The position numbers and the translations under genes are program-made. From Halobacteriales archaeon (GTDB lineage Archaea > Halobacteriota > Halobacteria > Halobacteriales > SKSH01), in assembly GCA_007118145.1 (NCBI GenBank), contig SKSD01000010.1, positions 582-64,581 on the forward strand: a stretch of 64,000 nucleotides of DNA. The letters run 5' to 3'. Under the pieces are notes generated by a model. That model worked only from the letters and a program-made list of their open reading frames with translations. It made no database searches and was not told where the DNA came from. Each line of letters begins with the position of its first letter. Positions within the stretch are counted from its first letter, which is position 1. Positions 38,150 through 48,661 of the stretch are shown piece by piece.

Positions 38150-39982
38150 ATGCTCGAACAGCGGTCTCATCGCATTGGCGTCGCCATCGTGGCGGGGATG
38201 TTGCTCATCCTCGCGCTGGTGGGTGTCATTTTGGTCGTGACGTTCGATGACCCGCAGGTGCAGTCGTTCGAGAGCGGATTCGGCGAGATCGATGAGGATG
38301 CCATCATGGTCGATACAACCGTGGTGGTCGAGAATCCAAACTCGTGGTCGATCCCGATCGGCCTTGGGATCTCATATGAGGTGACATTGAACGACGTCAA
38401 GGTTATCGCAGGCTCTGAATCCGGGATACGCATCAGTGCAGGTGAGAACACCATCCATACCTCAGCTGCATTTAACAACTCACAGGTACCAGCCTGGTGG
38501 GTGACTCATATCAACAATGATGAGTCTACAGTCATGCACACGTCGTCGAGTGTGTCATTGGGGTGGATTCCGTTCAGCATGTCGATGCCCGATCAGACCG
38601 AAGAGTTCGAGACAGACCTACTCGGTGAGCTTGCGGATGATGAAGATATGACCATCGTGGTCGGTGAGCATGCACTGTTGACGGTGGGCGAGCAGGATGC
38701 GAGGTGGGGAACTGCCGATGAGGAGATCACCCCGCTCACTATCACGTCCGAACTTGAGAACATCCACGAACGTCCGATCGATATCACCGGGACTGAATAC
38801 ACGATCACGATGAACAACCTCACCGTGGGCGAAGGGGTCACTGATGACAGTATCCACCTTGAACCTGGCGAGACATCGACCTTCACGATGGAGGCCACAC
38901 TCGACTCGCAGACCATGGAGGCGTGGTGGGTGAGTCATATCCAACGTGGTGAGTCGACCGAGTTGGCCGTCGAGATCTACGGGCTTGCAGATCGCGGTGG
39001 TGAGCAACTCCGCATCCCGATCGCCATGTACCAACAGCGCTCACGCTTTACTACCGATATCCTCGGTACAGGTGCATCTGATGTCGAACTCATCGAGACA
39101 GACCCCGATGCGGAGTTCGTCGAACCAGAGATCAAAGAGGGTGTGAGTGAGTGGGGTGAGGTGAGCGATACGACAACCGAGATCGTGACCGATGTCGCCA
39201 TACGCAACGAGAATCCACCAGCGTTCAACGAACTACTACTGCTCGATGTTCAGCAACGTACCACCTTCAGCGATGTCGTCGTGATCGAGGAAACAACGCA
39301 AATCGATGAGTTACCAGTCGGCGAGGGGAGCCTCACGGTATCGACCTTCAAGGAACATTCGATCGTCCCTACCTGGTGGGCAGCACACCTCAACAACGAC
39401 GAACGATCATCAGCCAGGACCGAGTTGACAGCCGAGGCCGATCTCGCGGTGACGTCCATCCCGGTAGAGATCGAAGATCAAGCTGTCCCCATCGAGACCG
39501 ACCTCCTCGAAGACCTCAACAGTGACGAGACCCAGTTCATCCAGCATGAGGCAACAGGTGCCACGCTGTTGGTCATCCACGAAACGACCGGTGAGTGGGG
39601 TGAGGCAACCCCCGAGGAGGGACCCATCCAGGTGTCGGTCGATATCGAGAATAACCATATTAATCCGGTGACCATCAAGGACATCGATTACCTCATCGAG
39701 ATCAACGAGGTCGTGCTCGCCGATACACGGATCGATGATGAATTCGAACTACAACCAGGTGAGCGACGTACGATCGAACTTGAGCTACTCCTTGATAACA
39801 GTAAGATGGAGGACTGGTGGCCCACACATATCCGGAACGGTGAGGTGTCAGAGATGTCACGTCATGTCGAGGCGACCATCGAGGCAAACGGGCAAAGCGA
39901 CAGGGTCGAGCTCGACTTTCTCAGTGAAAACGTCACCATCGAGACCGACCTCCTCGGTGCTGAATTTGGTGCTTCTGCGTGA
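38150..39982 (+). CDS. Membrane-anchored LEA type 2 / WHy-domain protein with four repeats
   Basis: TM anchor; VENPN..IP..ISYEVTLN; four WWxxHxxxxE motifs; start ATG 38150. Confidence 0.85.
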   Translation: MLEQRSHRIGVAIVAGMLLILALVGVILVVTFDDPQVQSFESGFGEIDEDAIMVDTTVVVENPNSWSIPIGLGISYEVTLNDVKVIAGSESGIRISAGENTIHTSAAFNNSQVPAWWVTHINNDESTVMHTSSSVSLGWIPFSMSMPDQTEEFETDLLGELADDEDMTIVVGEHALLTVGEQDARWGTADEEITPLTITSELENIHERPIDITGTEYTITMNNLTVGEGVTDDSIHLEPGETSTFTMEATLDSQTMEAWWVSHIQRGESTELAVEIYGLADRGGEQLRIPIAMYQQRSRFTTDILGTGASDVELIETDPDAEFVEPEIKEGVSEWGEVSDTTTEIVTDVAIRNENPPAFNELLLLDVQQRTTFSDVVVIEETTQIDELPVGEGSLTVSTFKEHSIVPTWWAAHLNNDERSSARTELTAEADLAVTSIPVEIEDQAVPIETDLLEDLNSDETQFIQHEATGATLLVIHETTGEWGEATPEEGPIQVSVDIENNHINPVTIKDIDYLIEINEVVLADTRIDDEFELQPGERRTIELELLLDNSKMEDWWPTHIRNGEVSEMSRHVEATIEANGQSDRVELDFLSENVTIETDLLGAEFGASA

Positions 39983-40056
39983 ACGACCCGAGGTAGTGTC
40001 TCGAAAACCCGTGGTAGTCCATCGATTACTTAATCACTCCACCTGAGAACTTGACC

Positions 40057-41268
40057 ATGGATGGGGTCATCCTGGCAGCCGGTGCAGGTACCCGGATGGG
40101 GCCGCTGACCGATCACCGACCGAAGCCACTGCTGCCCGTCGCTGGCCGGCCACTCATCGAGCACGTACTCGATACTGCGGTCGCGTATGTCGATCGCTTC
40201 GTCATCGTGGTTGGCTTTCACGGAGCACAGGTGGAAGCTGCGATCGGTGACAGTTATCGAGATACCCCGGTCACCTACGTTGTACAGTCCACTCAGGTCG
40301 GTACCGCAGATGCGTTGGTATCGGCTACCGGGCAGGTAGATCCACCATGTCTCGTGCTCAATGGCGACATCATCATCGAGGCCTCGGTGATCGGCGAACT
40401 CGTCTCGAGTGAGCCACCAGGCCTGGTCGGGACGCGTGTCGGTAACCCCGAGGAGTACGGTGTGCTCTCTGTCGATGGGACACGTCTGACGGGTATCATC
40501 GAGAAGCCGACGGAGCCGCCCTCAGATCTGATCAATGCCGGTGCCTATCTCGTCGATGAAGCCCTCCTAGAGAGGATGCGTGAGGTCGACGAGAGTGAAC
40601 GAGGTGAATACGAGCTGACCGATGCGATCGAACGTGGTGTCTCAGAGGGTGTTACGGTGACCGTCGTCGCCTATGATGGCTTCTGGCTCGATGTCGGCTA
40701 TCCTTGGGATCTCCTCACCGCGACCGAACACCACCTCGAGCAGCTCGGACACTCAATCTCGGGGTCGGTCGCCGAATCAGTCTCCATCGATGGACCTGTC
40801 GTCATCGAAGAGGGGGCATCGGTCCTCCCAGAGACCGTTCTCAGCGGTCCAGTCCTCATCAAATCGGGTGCGACGGTCGGACCACACGCCTACGTCCGCG
40901 ATGGCGCTGTCATCGGAACCGATGCCCGCGTCGGTCATGCCGTGGAGGTGAAACACAGCCTCCTGATGGAGGGTGCCACCGCATCACACCTGAGCTATCT
41001 CGGTGATTCGATCATCGGTATGGATGTGAACCTCGGGGCTGGGACGACGACGGCCAACCTCCGCCACGATGGTGAACACGTCCGTGTACCGATCAAGGGT
41101 GCACTTCGCGATACCGGCCGGCGAAAGTTCGGTGTCATCCTCGGAGACGGGGTGAAGACCGGTATCAACACGAGTCTCAATGCCGGCGTCATCCTCGCCA
41201 GTGAGTCGATGACGAAACCCGGTGCCGTTGTCCTCAAAGGTGATGACACCGGCGGTGCGTTCAAGTAG
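40057..41268 (+). CDS. glmU: Bifunctional sugar-1-phosphate nucleotidylyltransferase/acetyltransferase (archaeal GlmU-like)
   Basis: VILAAGAGTRMGPLT..PKPLL, EKP, INAG, hexapeptide repeats, HLSYLGDS, ANLRHD, TGRRKFG. Confidence 0.85.
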   Translation: MDGVILAAGAGTRMGPLTDHRPKPLLPVAGRPLIEHVLDTAVAYVDRFVIVVGFHGAQVEAAIGDSYRDTPVTYVVQSTQVGTADALVSATGQVDPPCLVLNGDIIIEASVIGELVSSEPPGLVGTRVGNPEEYGVLSVDGTRLTGIIEKPTEPPSDLINAGAYLVDEALLERMREVDESERGEYELTDAIERGVSEGVTVTVVAYDGFWLDVGYPWDLLTATEHHLEQLGHSISGSVAESVSIDGPVVIEEGASVLPETVLSGPVLIKSGATVGPHAYVRDGAVIGTDARVGHAVEVKHSLLMEGATASHLSYLGDSIIGMDVNLGAGTTTANLRHDGEHVRVPIKGALRDTGRRKFGVILGDGVKTGINTSLNAGVILASESMTKPGAVVLKGDDTGGAFK

Positions 41269-41274
41269 TCACCA

Positions 41275-42459
41275 ATGGAAATGATGTCAATGACGAGCGG
41301 TGTGACGGCAGTGATTCTCGCCGCAGGGGAGGGTCGGCGGTTGGCGCCATTGACGAATACGCGACCCAAACCGATGCTGCCGGTCGCGAACCGACCGATC
41401 CTCGAATACGTCATCGATGGGGTGGTCGAAGCGGGTATCGAACACGTCGTCCTCGTCGTCGGGTACAAGCAAGAGCGCATTCGTAACCACTTCCAGGATG
41501 GCGATACGTGGGGTATCGATATCGACTACGTCGAGCAACGTACACAGCTCGGGACAGGCCATGCCGTATTACAGACACAGGACGTCATCGAGGGGCCATT
41601 CATCGTACTGAATGGTGACCGTATCGTCGACGCGAGTATCGTCCAGGCTGTGGTCGATGCGATGCAATCAGAGGATGGGCCAGTCGTGTCCATCACCTCG
41701 GTGGAGCACCCAAGCACGTTCGGCGTCGTCGAGTTACGCGGGAATCGAATCATGTCGATCGAGGAGAAACCCCTCGATCCGGCACCGACCGCACTCATCA
41801 ACGCTGGTGTGTACGGGTTCGACCCGACGATATTCGAACATATCCAGACGACAGAGACCGTCGACGGCGAGCTCTCACTCCCAGAGACACTCGATGACAT
41901 CGCACAGGACCACCCACTCCGGTCGGTCCATTACGATGGTACCTGGCTCGACGTGACCAACCTCTGGGACCTCCCCATCGTCAACGCCATCCAACTCCAC
42001 CGTGAACGCCCGCGGGTCGATTCTGAAGACGATGACCCCACAGGCCGTGATGACGATACGGTACTCGGCCGGAACGTGCATATCGACCCCTCTGCCTCGA
42101 TCCGAGGTGGTGTCTCCGTGGGAGACAACGCTGTGATCGGTGCGAACGTCGTCCTCGAAGATACCGTCATCCTCCCAGATGCACAGGTCGATGCAGGGTC
42201 GGTCATCCGTCATGCGGTCATCGGTGCCAATGCATCGGTCGGAGCAAACACAACCATCCAGGGTGGTGCCGCGACGGTCATCGTCGAGGGGAACGTCTAC
42301 AACGAGGTCAAACTCGGTGGGGTCATCGGCGATAACTCACACATCGGTGGGGCGACGGTCTTCAACCCGGGGGCGATCGTCGGGGATGATGCGAGTGTCG
42401 AGCCCGGTGTCGTGCTCAATGGGTGGTTCGAGTCTGGGGCGATCGTCCGGAGAGGATAG
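41275..42459 (+). CDS. Second sugar-phosphate nucleotidylyltransferase with left-handed beta-helix
   Basis: VILAAGEGRRLAPLT..PKPML, QLGTGHA, EEKP, hexapeptide repeats; lacks HLSY/NLRHD. Confidence 0.88.
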   Translation: MEMMSMTSGVTAVILAAGEGRRLAPLTNTRPKPMLPVANRPILEYVIDGVVEAGIEHVVLVVGYKQERIRNHFQDGDTWGIDIDYVEQRTQLGTGHAVLQTQDVIEGPFIVLNGDRIVDASIVQAVVDAMQSEDGPVVSITSVEHPSTFGVVELRGNRIMSIEEKPLDPAPTALINAGVYGFDPTIFEHIQTTETVDGELSLPETLDDIAQDHPLRSVHYDGTWLDVTNLWDLPIVNAIQLHRERPRVDSEDDDPTGRDDDTVLGRNVHIDPSASIRGGVSVGDNAVIGANVVLEDTVILPDAQVDAGSVIRHAVIGANASVGANTTIQGGAATVIVEGNVYNEVKLGGVIGDNSHIGGATVFNPGAIVGDDASVEPGVVLNGWFESGAIVRRG

Positions 42460-42461
42460 CC

Positions 42462-44261
42462 ATGTGTGGTATCATCGGCTACGTCGGAGCGCGATCTGCC
42501 GGCGAGATCATCTATCGTGGCCTTGAGAACCTCGAGTACCGTGGGTACGATTCCGCTGGTGTCGCACTCGTCGGGGAACAACTCGCGATCCATAAGCGAG
42601 CCGGTGAGGTCGCCGATTTGACCGTCCCTGCGGATGAGACAGCCACCTGTGGTATCGGCCATACGCGGTGGAGCACGCACGGGCCACCGACGGATATCAA
42701 TGCACATCCACATGTCGACTGTGCCGGAGAGGTCGCCGTGGTGCACAACGGTATCATCGAAAATCACGAGGCCTTACGAGATGCTCTCGATGGCTGTGAG
42801 TTCGTCAGTGAGACCGATACCGAGGTGATCCCACACCTGCTCGAACAGGAAGTACATGATGGTGCCTCACTGACCGATGCCGTCGCGAGTGTCGCACAGG
42901 CCATCGAAGGCAGCTATGCGTTCGCGGTCGTCCATGCAGGTGAGAACGCCATCGTCGCCACCAGAGAGCAAAGCCCACTCGTTCTCGGCAGAGGTGAAGA
43001 CGGGATGTTCCTCGCGAGCGATATCCCGGCTTTCCTCGAACACACGAGGGAGGTGGCCTACCTCGAGGATGGCCAGGTGGCCACGATCACGGCGGACGAT
43101 ATCAGACTCGGTGGGAACGCTTCGAGCACGAGCCCGACGTACGAGACCGTCGAGTGGGATGCCGATTCGGCTGAGAAGGGTGGGTACGAACACTACATGC
43201 GAAAGGAGATCCACGAGCAACCCCAGGCGTTACGCCAGACGCTATCAGAACGGATCGATCTCAACCGCGGTACCGTCGCGGTCGATCTCGACTTTCCCAC
43301 GGGCTATCTGGATTCCGTCGAGGAGGTACAGTTCGTGGCAGCGGGGACCTCATACTACGCCTCGCGTTACGGGGCACGCTTGCTCGAGGAGTTGGCCGAT
43401 GTGCGAACATCGGTCACCATCGCAAGCGAGTACGAGTTCGGTGGCGGTCGCGATCCGTGGCGGACACTCACCGTGGCAGTCACACAAAGTGGTGAGACGA
43501 CCGATACCCTCGAGGCGATCAACTCGGCAGGCCAGGCAGGTGCGAGGACGCTCGCCGTGACGAATGTGATCGGAAGTTCTGTCACCAGATCGGTCGATGA
43601 TACGTTGTTCATCAAGGCAGGACCTGAGATCGGCGTTGCCGCGAGCAAGACCTTCTCATCGCAGGTGACCACCCTCGGGTTGCTCGCCGTGGCCATCGCG
43701 CATGAACGAGACACACTGCCACGGTCACAAATTCGACGTCTCCTCGGCGATCTCAATGGCCTCCCCGGTGCGATCCAACAGGTTCTCGACGAGGAGGATG
43801 CCGTCCGTGCGGTGGCAAGTGAGTACCTCGATATGGACGCGTTCTTCTTCATCGGTCGAGAGCTGGGCTACCCGGTCGCGCTTGAGGGTGCACTCAAGCT
43901 CAAGGAGATAGCGTACGTCCACGCCGAGGGATTCGCCGCTGGTGAGTTGAAGCATGGGCCACTCGCACTTGTCACCGGACGGACACCGGTCATCGCCCTG
44001 TTGACCAACGGTGCACAGCCCGCTGCCACCACACATAACGTCGCCGAGGCACAGACCCGCGGTGCACCGGCGATCGGGATCGTCGCTGAGGGGAGGGATG
44101 TCGAGCACCTCGATGTGGAGTTCACCGTCCCGTCATCCGGGCTGTTCGAGCCGCTCGTTGGGAACGTCTACCTGCAACTGCTCGCATATCACATCGCCAA
44201 TCAGCTCGGCCGTTCGATCGACAAACCAAGAAATCTCGCCAAGAGCGTCACCGTCCGGTAG
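42462..44261 (+). CDS. glmS: Glutamine--fructose-6-phosphate transaminase (isomerizing)
   Basis: MCGIIG, LEYRGYDSAG, GHTRWSTHG, HNGIIEN, QSGET, ELKHG, KPRNLAKSVTV. Confidence 0.97.
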   Translation: MCGIIGYVGARSAGEIIYRGLENLEYRGYDSAGVALVGEQLAIHKRAGEVADLTVPADETATCGIGHTRWSTHGPPTDINAHPHVDCAGEVAVVHNGIIENHEALRDALDGCEFVSETDTEVIPHLLEQEVHDGASLTDAVASVAQAIEGSYAFAVVHAGENAIVATREQSPLVLGRGEDGMFLASDIPAFLEHTREVAYLEDGQVATITADDIRLGGNASSTSPTYETVEWDADSAEKGGYEHYMRKEIHEQPQALRQTLSERIDLNRGTVAVDLDFPTGYLDSVEEVQFVAAGTSYYASRYGARLLEELADVRTSVTIASEYEFGGGRDPWRTLTVAVTQSGETTDTLEAINSAGQAGARTLAVTNVIGSSVTRSVDDTLFIKAGPEIGVAASKTFSSQVTTLGLLAVAIAHERDTLPRSQIRRLLGDLNGLPGAIQQVLDEEDAVRAVASEYLDMDAFFFIGRELGYPVALEGALKLKEIAYVHAEGFAAGELKHGPLALVTGRTPVIALLTNGAQPAATTHNVAEAQTRGAPAIGIVAEGRDVEHLDVEFTVPSSGLFEPLVGNVYLQLLAYHIANQLGRSIDKPRNLAKSVTVR

Positions 44262-44296
44262 GCATCACTGGAGAGAGTGCCTCGGACAGACCGGCA

Positions 44297-44506
44297 CTAA
44301 GCGTCGCTGCCGCGGTCTTTCACGTCGTCGATATAAGAGCTCACAACGAGGCGCTTCTCACCAACCGAGGCACCGACCAGGGCGCCGAGTGCGGCACCTG
44401 AGCTGGCGAATTTTCGGTTGATGAGGCCACCGAGGAAGGCACCGATGGCTGCACCGATCGCGGCATGCTTGGCCCGGTTCAGGGCGGTTTCAAGTCGCTT
44501 TGGCAT
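44297..44506 (-). CDS. Small glycine-zipper protein
   Basis: AAIGAAIGAFLGG..GAALGALVG. Confidence 0.7.
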   Translation of the reverse strand: MPKRLETALNRAKHAAIGAAIGAFLGGLINRKFASSGAALGALVGASVGEKRLVVSSYIDDVKDRGSDA

Positions 44507-44703
44507 ATTCGTATATTGGTACGCTGGGCGTTTAAACGTACGTAGTGGGAATCTCTCTCGAGCTGATCGCTTTGGTCAGCATCGTCAATCGAAGCATACC
44601 GAACGGTGCGAGATAGACAGAACGTTCCAATCAGTCACGGCCACCACCCACACCATGGTAAACGACCAAGCTATGTGTCTCCGGTTACCATGAACCGCTA
44701 CCG

Positions 44704-46050
44704 ATGGGATTACTCGATCGGCTTCGACGTGATGACCCTCGGGTGGTCGTCCTTGGCATCGATGGCGTACCGTACACCCTCATCGATGACCATCCCGAGG
44801 TGTTCCCGAATCTACACCGTATCCGGGACAGGGGCACCGGATCGGCCATCTCGAGCATCGTCCCACCCGAATCGAGTGCGTGCTGGCCGGTGTTGACGAC
44901 CGGTGTCAATCCCGGTAAGACCGGTGTGTATGGCTTTCAAGACCGACGACAGGGCTCGTACGAAACGTACATCCCGATGGGCGATCACGTCCAGGCACGA
45001 CGCGTCTGGTCTTACGTGACCGAGTCAGGCAGACACGCGAGTGTCTTCAACGTCCCGGTGACCTTCCCACCCGATGAGCAGCTCCAACGGATGGTCACCG
45101 GCTTTCTGTCACCCGATGTCGACGCAGCCACACATCCGGCGAGCTTGCGCGACTCACTCAAGGAGCACGGGTATCGGATCGATGTGGATGCCAAACTCGG
45201 CCATGATGAGGATAAGACGGCATTCATCGACGATGCGATGGAGGTGCTCAAGCGGCGGTTCGAGGTATTCGAGACGTACTTGAGGCGAGACGATTGGGAC
45301 CTCTTCTTCGGCGTGTTCATGACCACCGATCGCGTCAATCACTTCCTCTTCGATGCGTACGAACGCGACGGGCACTATCGAGATACCTTCCTCGAGTTCT
45401 ATGCCACACTCGATGACTACCTCGGCAGGTTGTCCGATACCCTCGGCGAAGACACCACGTTGCTCGTCGTGTCTGATCACGGGTTTACCACACTCGATTA
45501 CGAGGTACACGTTAACCGATGGCTTGAGGATCATGGCTGGCTCTCCTTCGCAGATGGCGACCCGGAGGGGCTCGAAGATATCAGTGATGAGACGACCGCC
45601 TACAGTCTCATCCCCGGACGGTTTTACATCAACCTTGAGGGGCGTGAACCCAGAGGTGGCGTACCCGCTGCGGAGCTGAATTCGGTTAAGTCCACACTCA
45701 GAGAGCAGCTCACAGAGCTCGAGGGTCCAGACGGGAGACCGGTCTGTCGAGACATCGTCGATGGTGCCGATGTGTTCACCAGTGCGTTCACCGAGATCGC
45801 CCCCGATCTCGTTGTCTTACCCAATGACGGCTATGACCTCAAGGCGGGGTTCTCTGATGGTGGACCCGTGTTCGATACTGGGCCACGCACCGGCATGCAT
45901 ACCTTCGATAACGCCACCCTCATCAGCGATGCGCCGTCGATCGATGCATCCAGAGCCGACCTCCTCGATATCACACCCACGATCCTCGATCTCATGTCGA
46001 TCGAGTACGACCCATCCGACTTCGACGGTCGGACCTTAAACGTGGGATAA
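44704..46050 (+). CDS. Alkaline-phosphatase-superfamily enzyme (type I phosphodiesterase/nucleotide pyrophosphatase-like)
   Basis: VLGIDG, PPESSACW...TGVNPGKTGVYGF, TDRVNH, VVSDHGF, APDL, TGMH. Confidence 0.88.
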   Translation: MGLLDRLRRDDPRVVVLGIDGVPYTLIDDHPEVFPNLHRIRDRGTGSAISSIVPPESSACWPVLTTGVNPGKTGVYGFQDRRQGSYETYIPMGDHVQARRVWSYVTESGRHASVFNVPVTFPPDEQLQRMVTGFLSPDVDAATHPASLRDSLKEHGYRIDVDAKLGHDEDKTAFIDDAMEVLKRRFEVFETYLRRDDWDLFFGVFMTTDRVNHFLFDAYERDGHYRDTFLEFYATLDDYLGRLSDTLGEDTTLLVVSDHGFTTLDYEVHVNRWLEDHGWLSFADGDPEGLEDISDETTAYSLIPGRFYINLEGREPRGGVPAAELNSVKSTLREQLTELEGPDGRPVCRDIVDGADVFTSAFTEIAPDLVVLPNDGYDLKAGFSDGGPVFDTGPRTGMHTFDNATLISDAPSIDASRADLLDITPTILDLMSIEYDPSDFDGRTLNVG

Positions 46051-46105
46051 GGTAGGTTAAGGGGATAATGCTCTTTGAACCCCCGTGCCTACGGAGAGGG
46101 TGACG

Positions 46106-47074
46106 ATGACAGAACCGCCGATCTACGCCGGTGTCGATTACGACCTTGGTGCCGAGGAAACACCTGAGACGTATCCGACCATCCAGGCGAAGTTGAGACA
46201 GGGTCTTGAGGTACTCGCAACGGCGCTTGATGCCTATCGACACCCGGCAATCATGTGGACCGGTGGGAAGGATTCAACGCTCGCGCTGTATCTCGTCAAG
46301 GAGTTATGTGACGACCTGGGCATGACACCACCTCCAGCCATCTTCATCGACCATTACCAGCACTTCGATGTCGTGCATGAGTTCGTCGAGCGGTGGAGTG
46401 ACCGGTGGGCTGTTGAGCTCATCTATGCTCGAAATGAGGATATCGGCCGGTACGTCGAGACGCACGGACTCGAACCGGGCGATGACATCCAGGTCGATGC
46501 TCTCGGCGATGTCAACCGACATCATATCGAGCATCTCCTGGAGTACGAGGAGGACACCTTCCGGTTCTTGTTGGACACCTATGTCGGCAACCACCTGCTC
46601 AAGACCGTCGCTCTTAACGAGACTCTTGAGTCGCACGGATTCGATGCAATCATCTCCGGTGTCCGGTGGGACGAGCAGGAGGCGAGAGCTGAGGAGACAT
46701 TTTTCTCACCGAGACACGACCCGGAGATCTACCCACCACACGACCGTGTGCATCCCATCTTGCAGTTCACCGAACGCGATGTCTGGGATGCAACCTGGGA
46801 CTTCATGGTACCTGACGTGGTCGAGGGCTATCCAGAGGGGCACCATCGCCCGACCGCGGCCGATGATCTGCCCGAGGGCATCACGCCTGATGCACTGCCG
46901 ATCTCGCCGAAGTACTTCGATGGCTTTCGCTCGCTTGGGAGTGAGGTGTCGACAAAGCGAACCTCAGACGAGCCAGCGTGGCTTCAAGATCTTGAGGGTT
47001 CGACCGAACGAGCAGGTCGGGCACAGGACAAGGAGAATCTCATGAAGCGATTGCGCGAACTCGGGTACATGTGA
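46106..47074 (+). CDS. PAPS-reductase-family protein, most like sulfate adenylyltransferase subunit CysD
   Basis: MWTGGKDS PP-loop, LKTVAL, GVRWDEQEAR..E, RVHPIL, FRSLG, ERAGRAQDKE..M..LRELGYM. Confidence 0.8.
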   Translation: MTEPPIYAGVDYDLGAEETPETYPTIQAKLRQGLEVLATALDAYRHPAIMWTGGKDSTLALYLVKELCDDLGMTPPPAIFIDHYQHFDVVHEFVERWSDRWAVELIYARNEDIGRYVETHGLEPGDDIQVDALGDVNRHHIEHLLEYEEDTFRFLLDTYVGNHLLKTVALNETLESHGFDAIISGVRWDEQEARAEETFFSPRHDPEIYPPHDRVHPILQFTERDVWDATWDFMVPDVVEGYPEGHHRPTAADDLPEGITPDALPISPKYFDGFRSLGSEVSTKRTSDEPAWLQDLEGSTERAGRAQDKENLMKRLRELGYM

Positions 47075-47087
47075 TGGTCGACAGGCG

Positions 47088-48527
47088 CTAGTGTAACCCT
47101 GGGATGGGGTCAGGCAGATTATCCGCAATCGTCCGCCGGAACGTGGTCGAGATGAATAACAAGACAGCGAAGTAGACCGCTGCACCGATCCCCACGAGGG
47201 TGACGAGGATGATCGCATTGTGTCGAACCAGCTCACTCATGATGATTGCCTCATGGACTGCAATCACCACACCGGCCATGATGATCGCTGCGAACACCTG
47301 TCGTGAGATCTCGTCGACAGGGACGGTGAAACGAACAAGTTGGCGGAGCATGTGAAATCCCAGTATCAGGACGAGGAGTGCGGAGACCACACTCGCGATG
47401 GCAGCACCGACCCAGCCCATGTAGTAGATCAAGACGACGTTCAACCCGGCGTTCGTGACGATGAATATCAGATTGATCCGAAAGGCGATATCTGGCCGGT
47501 CGATGCCGTTGAGTGCGATCGCGAACTGTTTTTGATAGCTGTAAAACAGCGCGGCAAGGATGAGCAATCCGAGTACGGCCGTCCCCTGGACGAACTCATC
47601 ACCATAGATACGCAACAATCGATCGCCGAGGATGATACCCCCGAGCAGACCGGGGATGACGAGCAGGCCACTGTACGTCAGCGAATCGTTGACGAGCGTG
47701 GCGACGTACTCCTTTCGATCCTGTGCATCCGCCATGCTCATCTCGGGGAACATCGTCTGACCGATGGCATCACCGAACAGCTTGAGAAACTGGGCGATAC
47801 TCCAGGCGACGGCATAGATACCGACCAGTGCCGGTGCGACGAGTGCACCGAGGATGACGATATCGACATCGTTGAACGTCCGCGATTTCAACGTCCCCAG
47901 CCAGCTGTATTTCGCAAAGTCGAACAGACTGCGAAAGTGTGACCGCTGTGGTCGTGCGATACCCACGGAGACGAACACCAGCCCCGATAACCCGGCCACG
48001 ATCGCACCGATACCAGCTCCGAGCACCAACCCCCCGAGGCCGAACCCGAGGAACACGACCGTGATCTGGATGATGCTACGCACACCGGTACGCCCCGCTG
48101 AGAGCAAGCCGGTGATATAGACGAGACGCTGTCCCTTGAGGACAGCCGTGACGAGTGCATAGAACAGGCCGACGAACAACAGGAAGATGACGAACATGGT
48201 CGCCTCGACACCGACATACGCATCGACCCAGTCGCTGAGGAGATAGACCATTCCGGCGATGACGAGGGCGAATGAGAAGATGGCGAGTGCGGCTGCACCG
48301 ATGTGCTCAGCCGGTGCTGTCTGCTCGCTGATGCGTTTGATCAGTGCCGAGGAGATTCCCAGTTTTCCACCCATCTCGAGCCACGCGACGAGGGCGATGA
48401 TGACGGCGTAAAAACCGAGGATCTCCGCACCGAGTTCACGGGCGATATACAGCGTGGCGACAAATCCCAGCAGTGACTTGAGGATGTTGGATGAGAAAAC
48501 AACAAACGACTGTTGACCGACACGCAT
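47088..48527 (-). CDS. Oligosaccharide flippase (Wzx/AglR-like, MOP superfamily)
   Basis: About 12-14 TM, ARELGA..LGFY, DIVILG...VGIYAVA, N..LN..LI...G..GAAIAS. Confidence 0.88.
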   Translation of the reverse strand: MRVGQQSFVVFSSNILKSLLGFVATLYIARELGAEILGFYAVIIALVAWLEMGGKLGISSALIKRISEQTAPAEHIGAAALAIFSFALVIAGMVYLLSDWVDAYVGVEATMFVIFLLFVGLFYALVTAVLKGQRLVYITGLLSAGRTGVRSIIQITVVFLGFGLGGLVLGAGIGAIVAGLSGLVFVSVGIARPQRSHFRSLFDFAKYSWLGTLKSRTFNDVDIVILGALVAPALVGIYAVAWSIAQFLKLFGDAIGQTMFPEMSMADAQDRKEYVATLVNDSLTYSGLLVIPGLLGGIILGDRLLRIYGDEFVQGTAVLGLLILAALFYSYQKQFAIALNGIDRPDIAFRINLIFIVTNAGLNVVLIYYMGWVGAAIASVVSALLVLILGFHMLRQLVRFTVPVDEISRQVFAAIIMAGVVIAVHEAIIMSELVRHNAIILVTLVGIGAAVYFAVLLFISTTFRRTIADNLPDPIPGLH

Positions 48528-48661
48528 GCTCCTACATCACCGTATCAACCTGTTGGGGTATTAATGAGGCAGGTTTGTGAGGTGCAGACGGTACGACGCC
48601 GGTCGATTCAACCAGAGACAGGCCGGTGTGGATACCCGAATGCCATCACAGTGCTCACACG

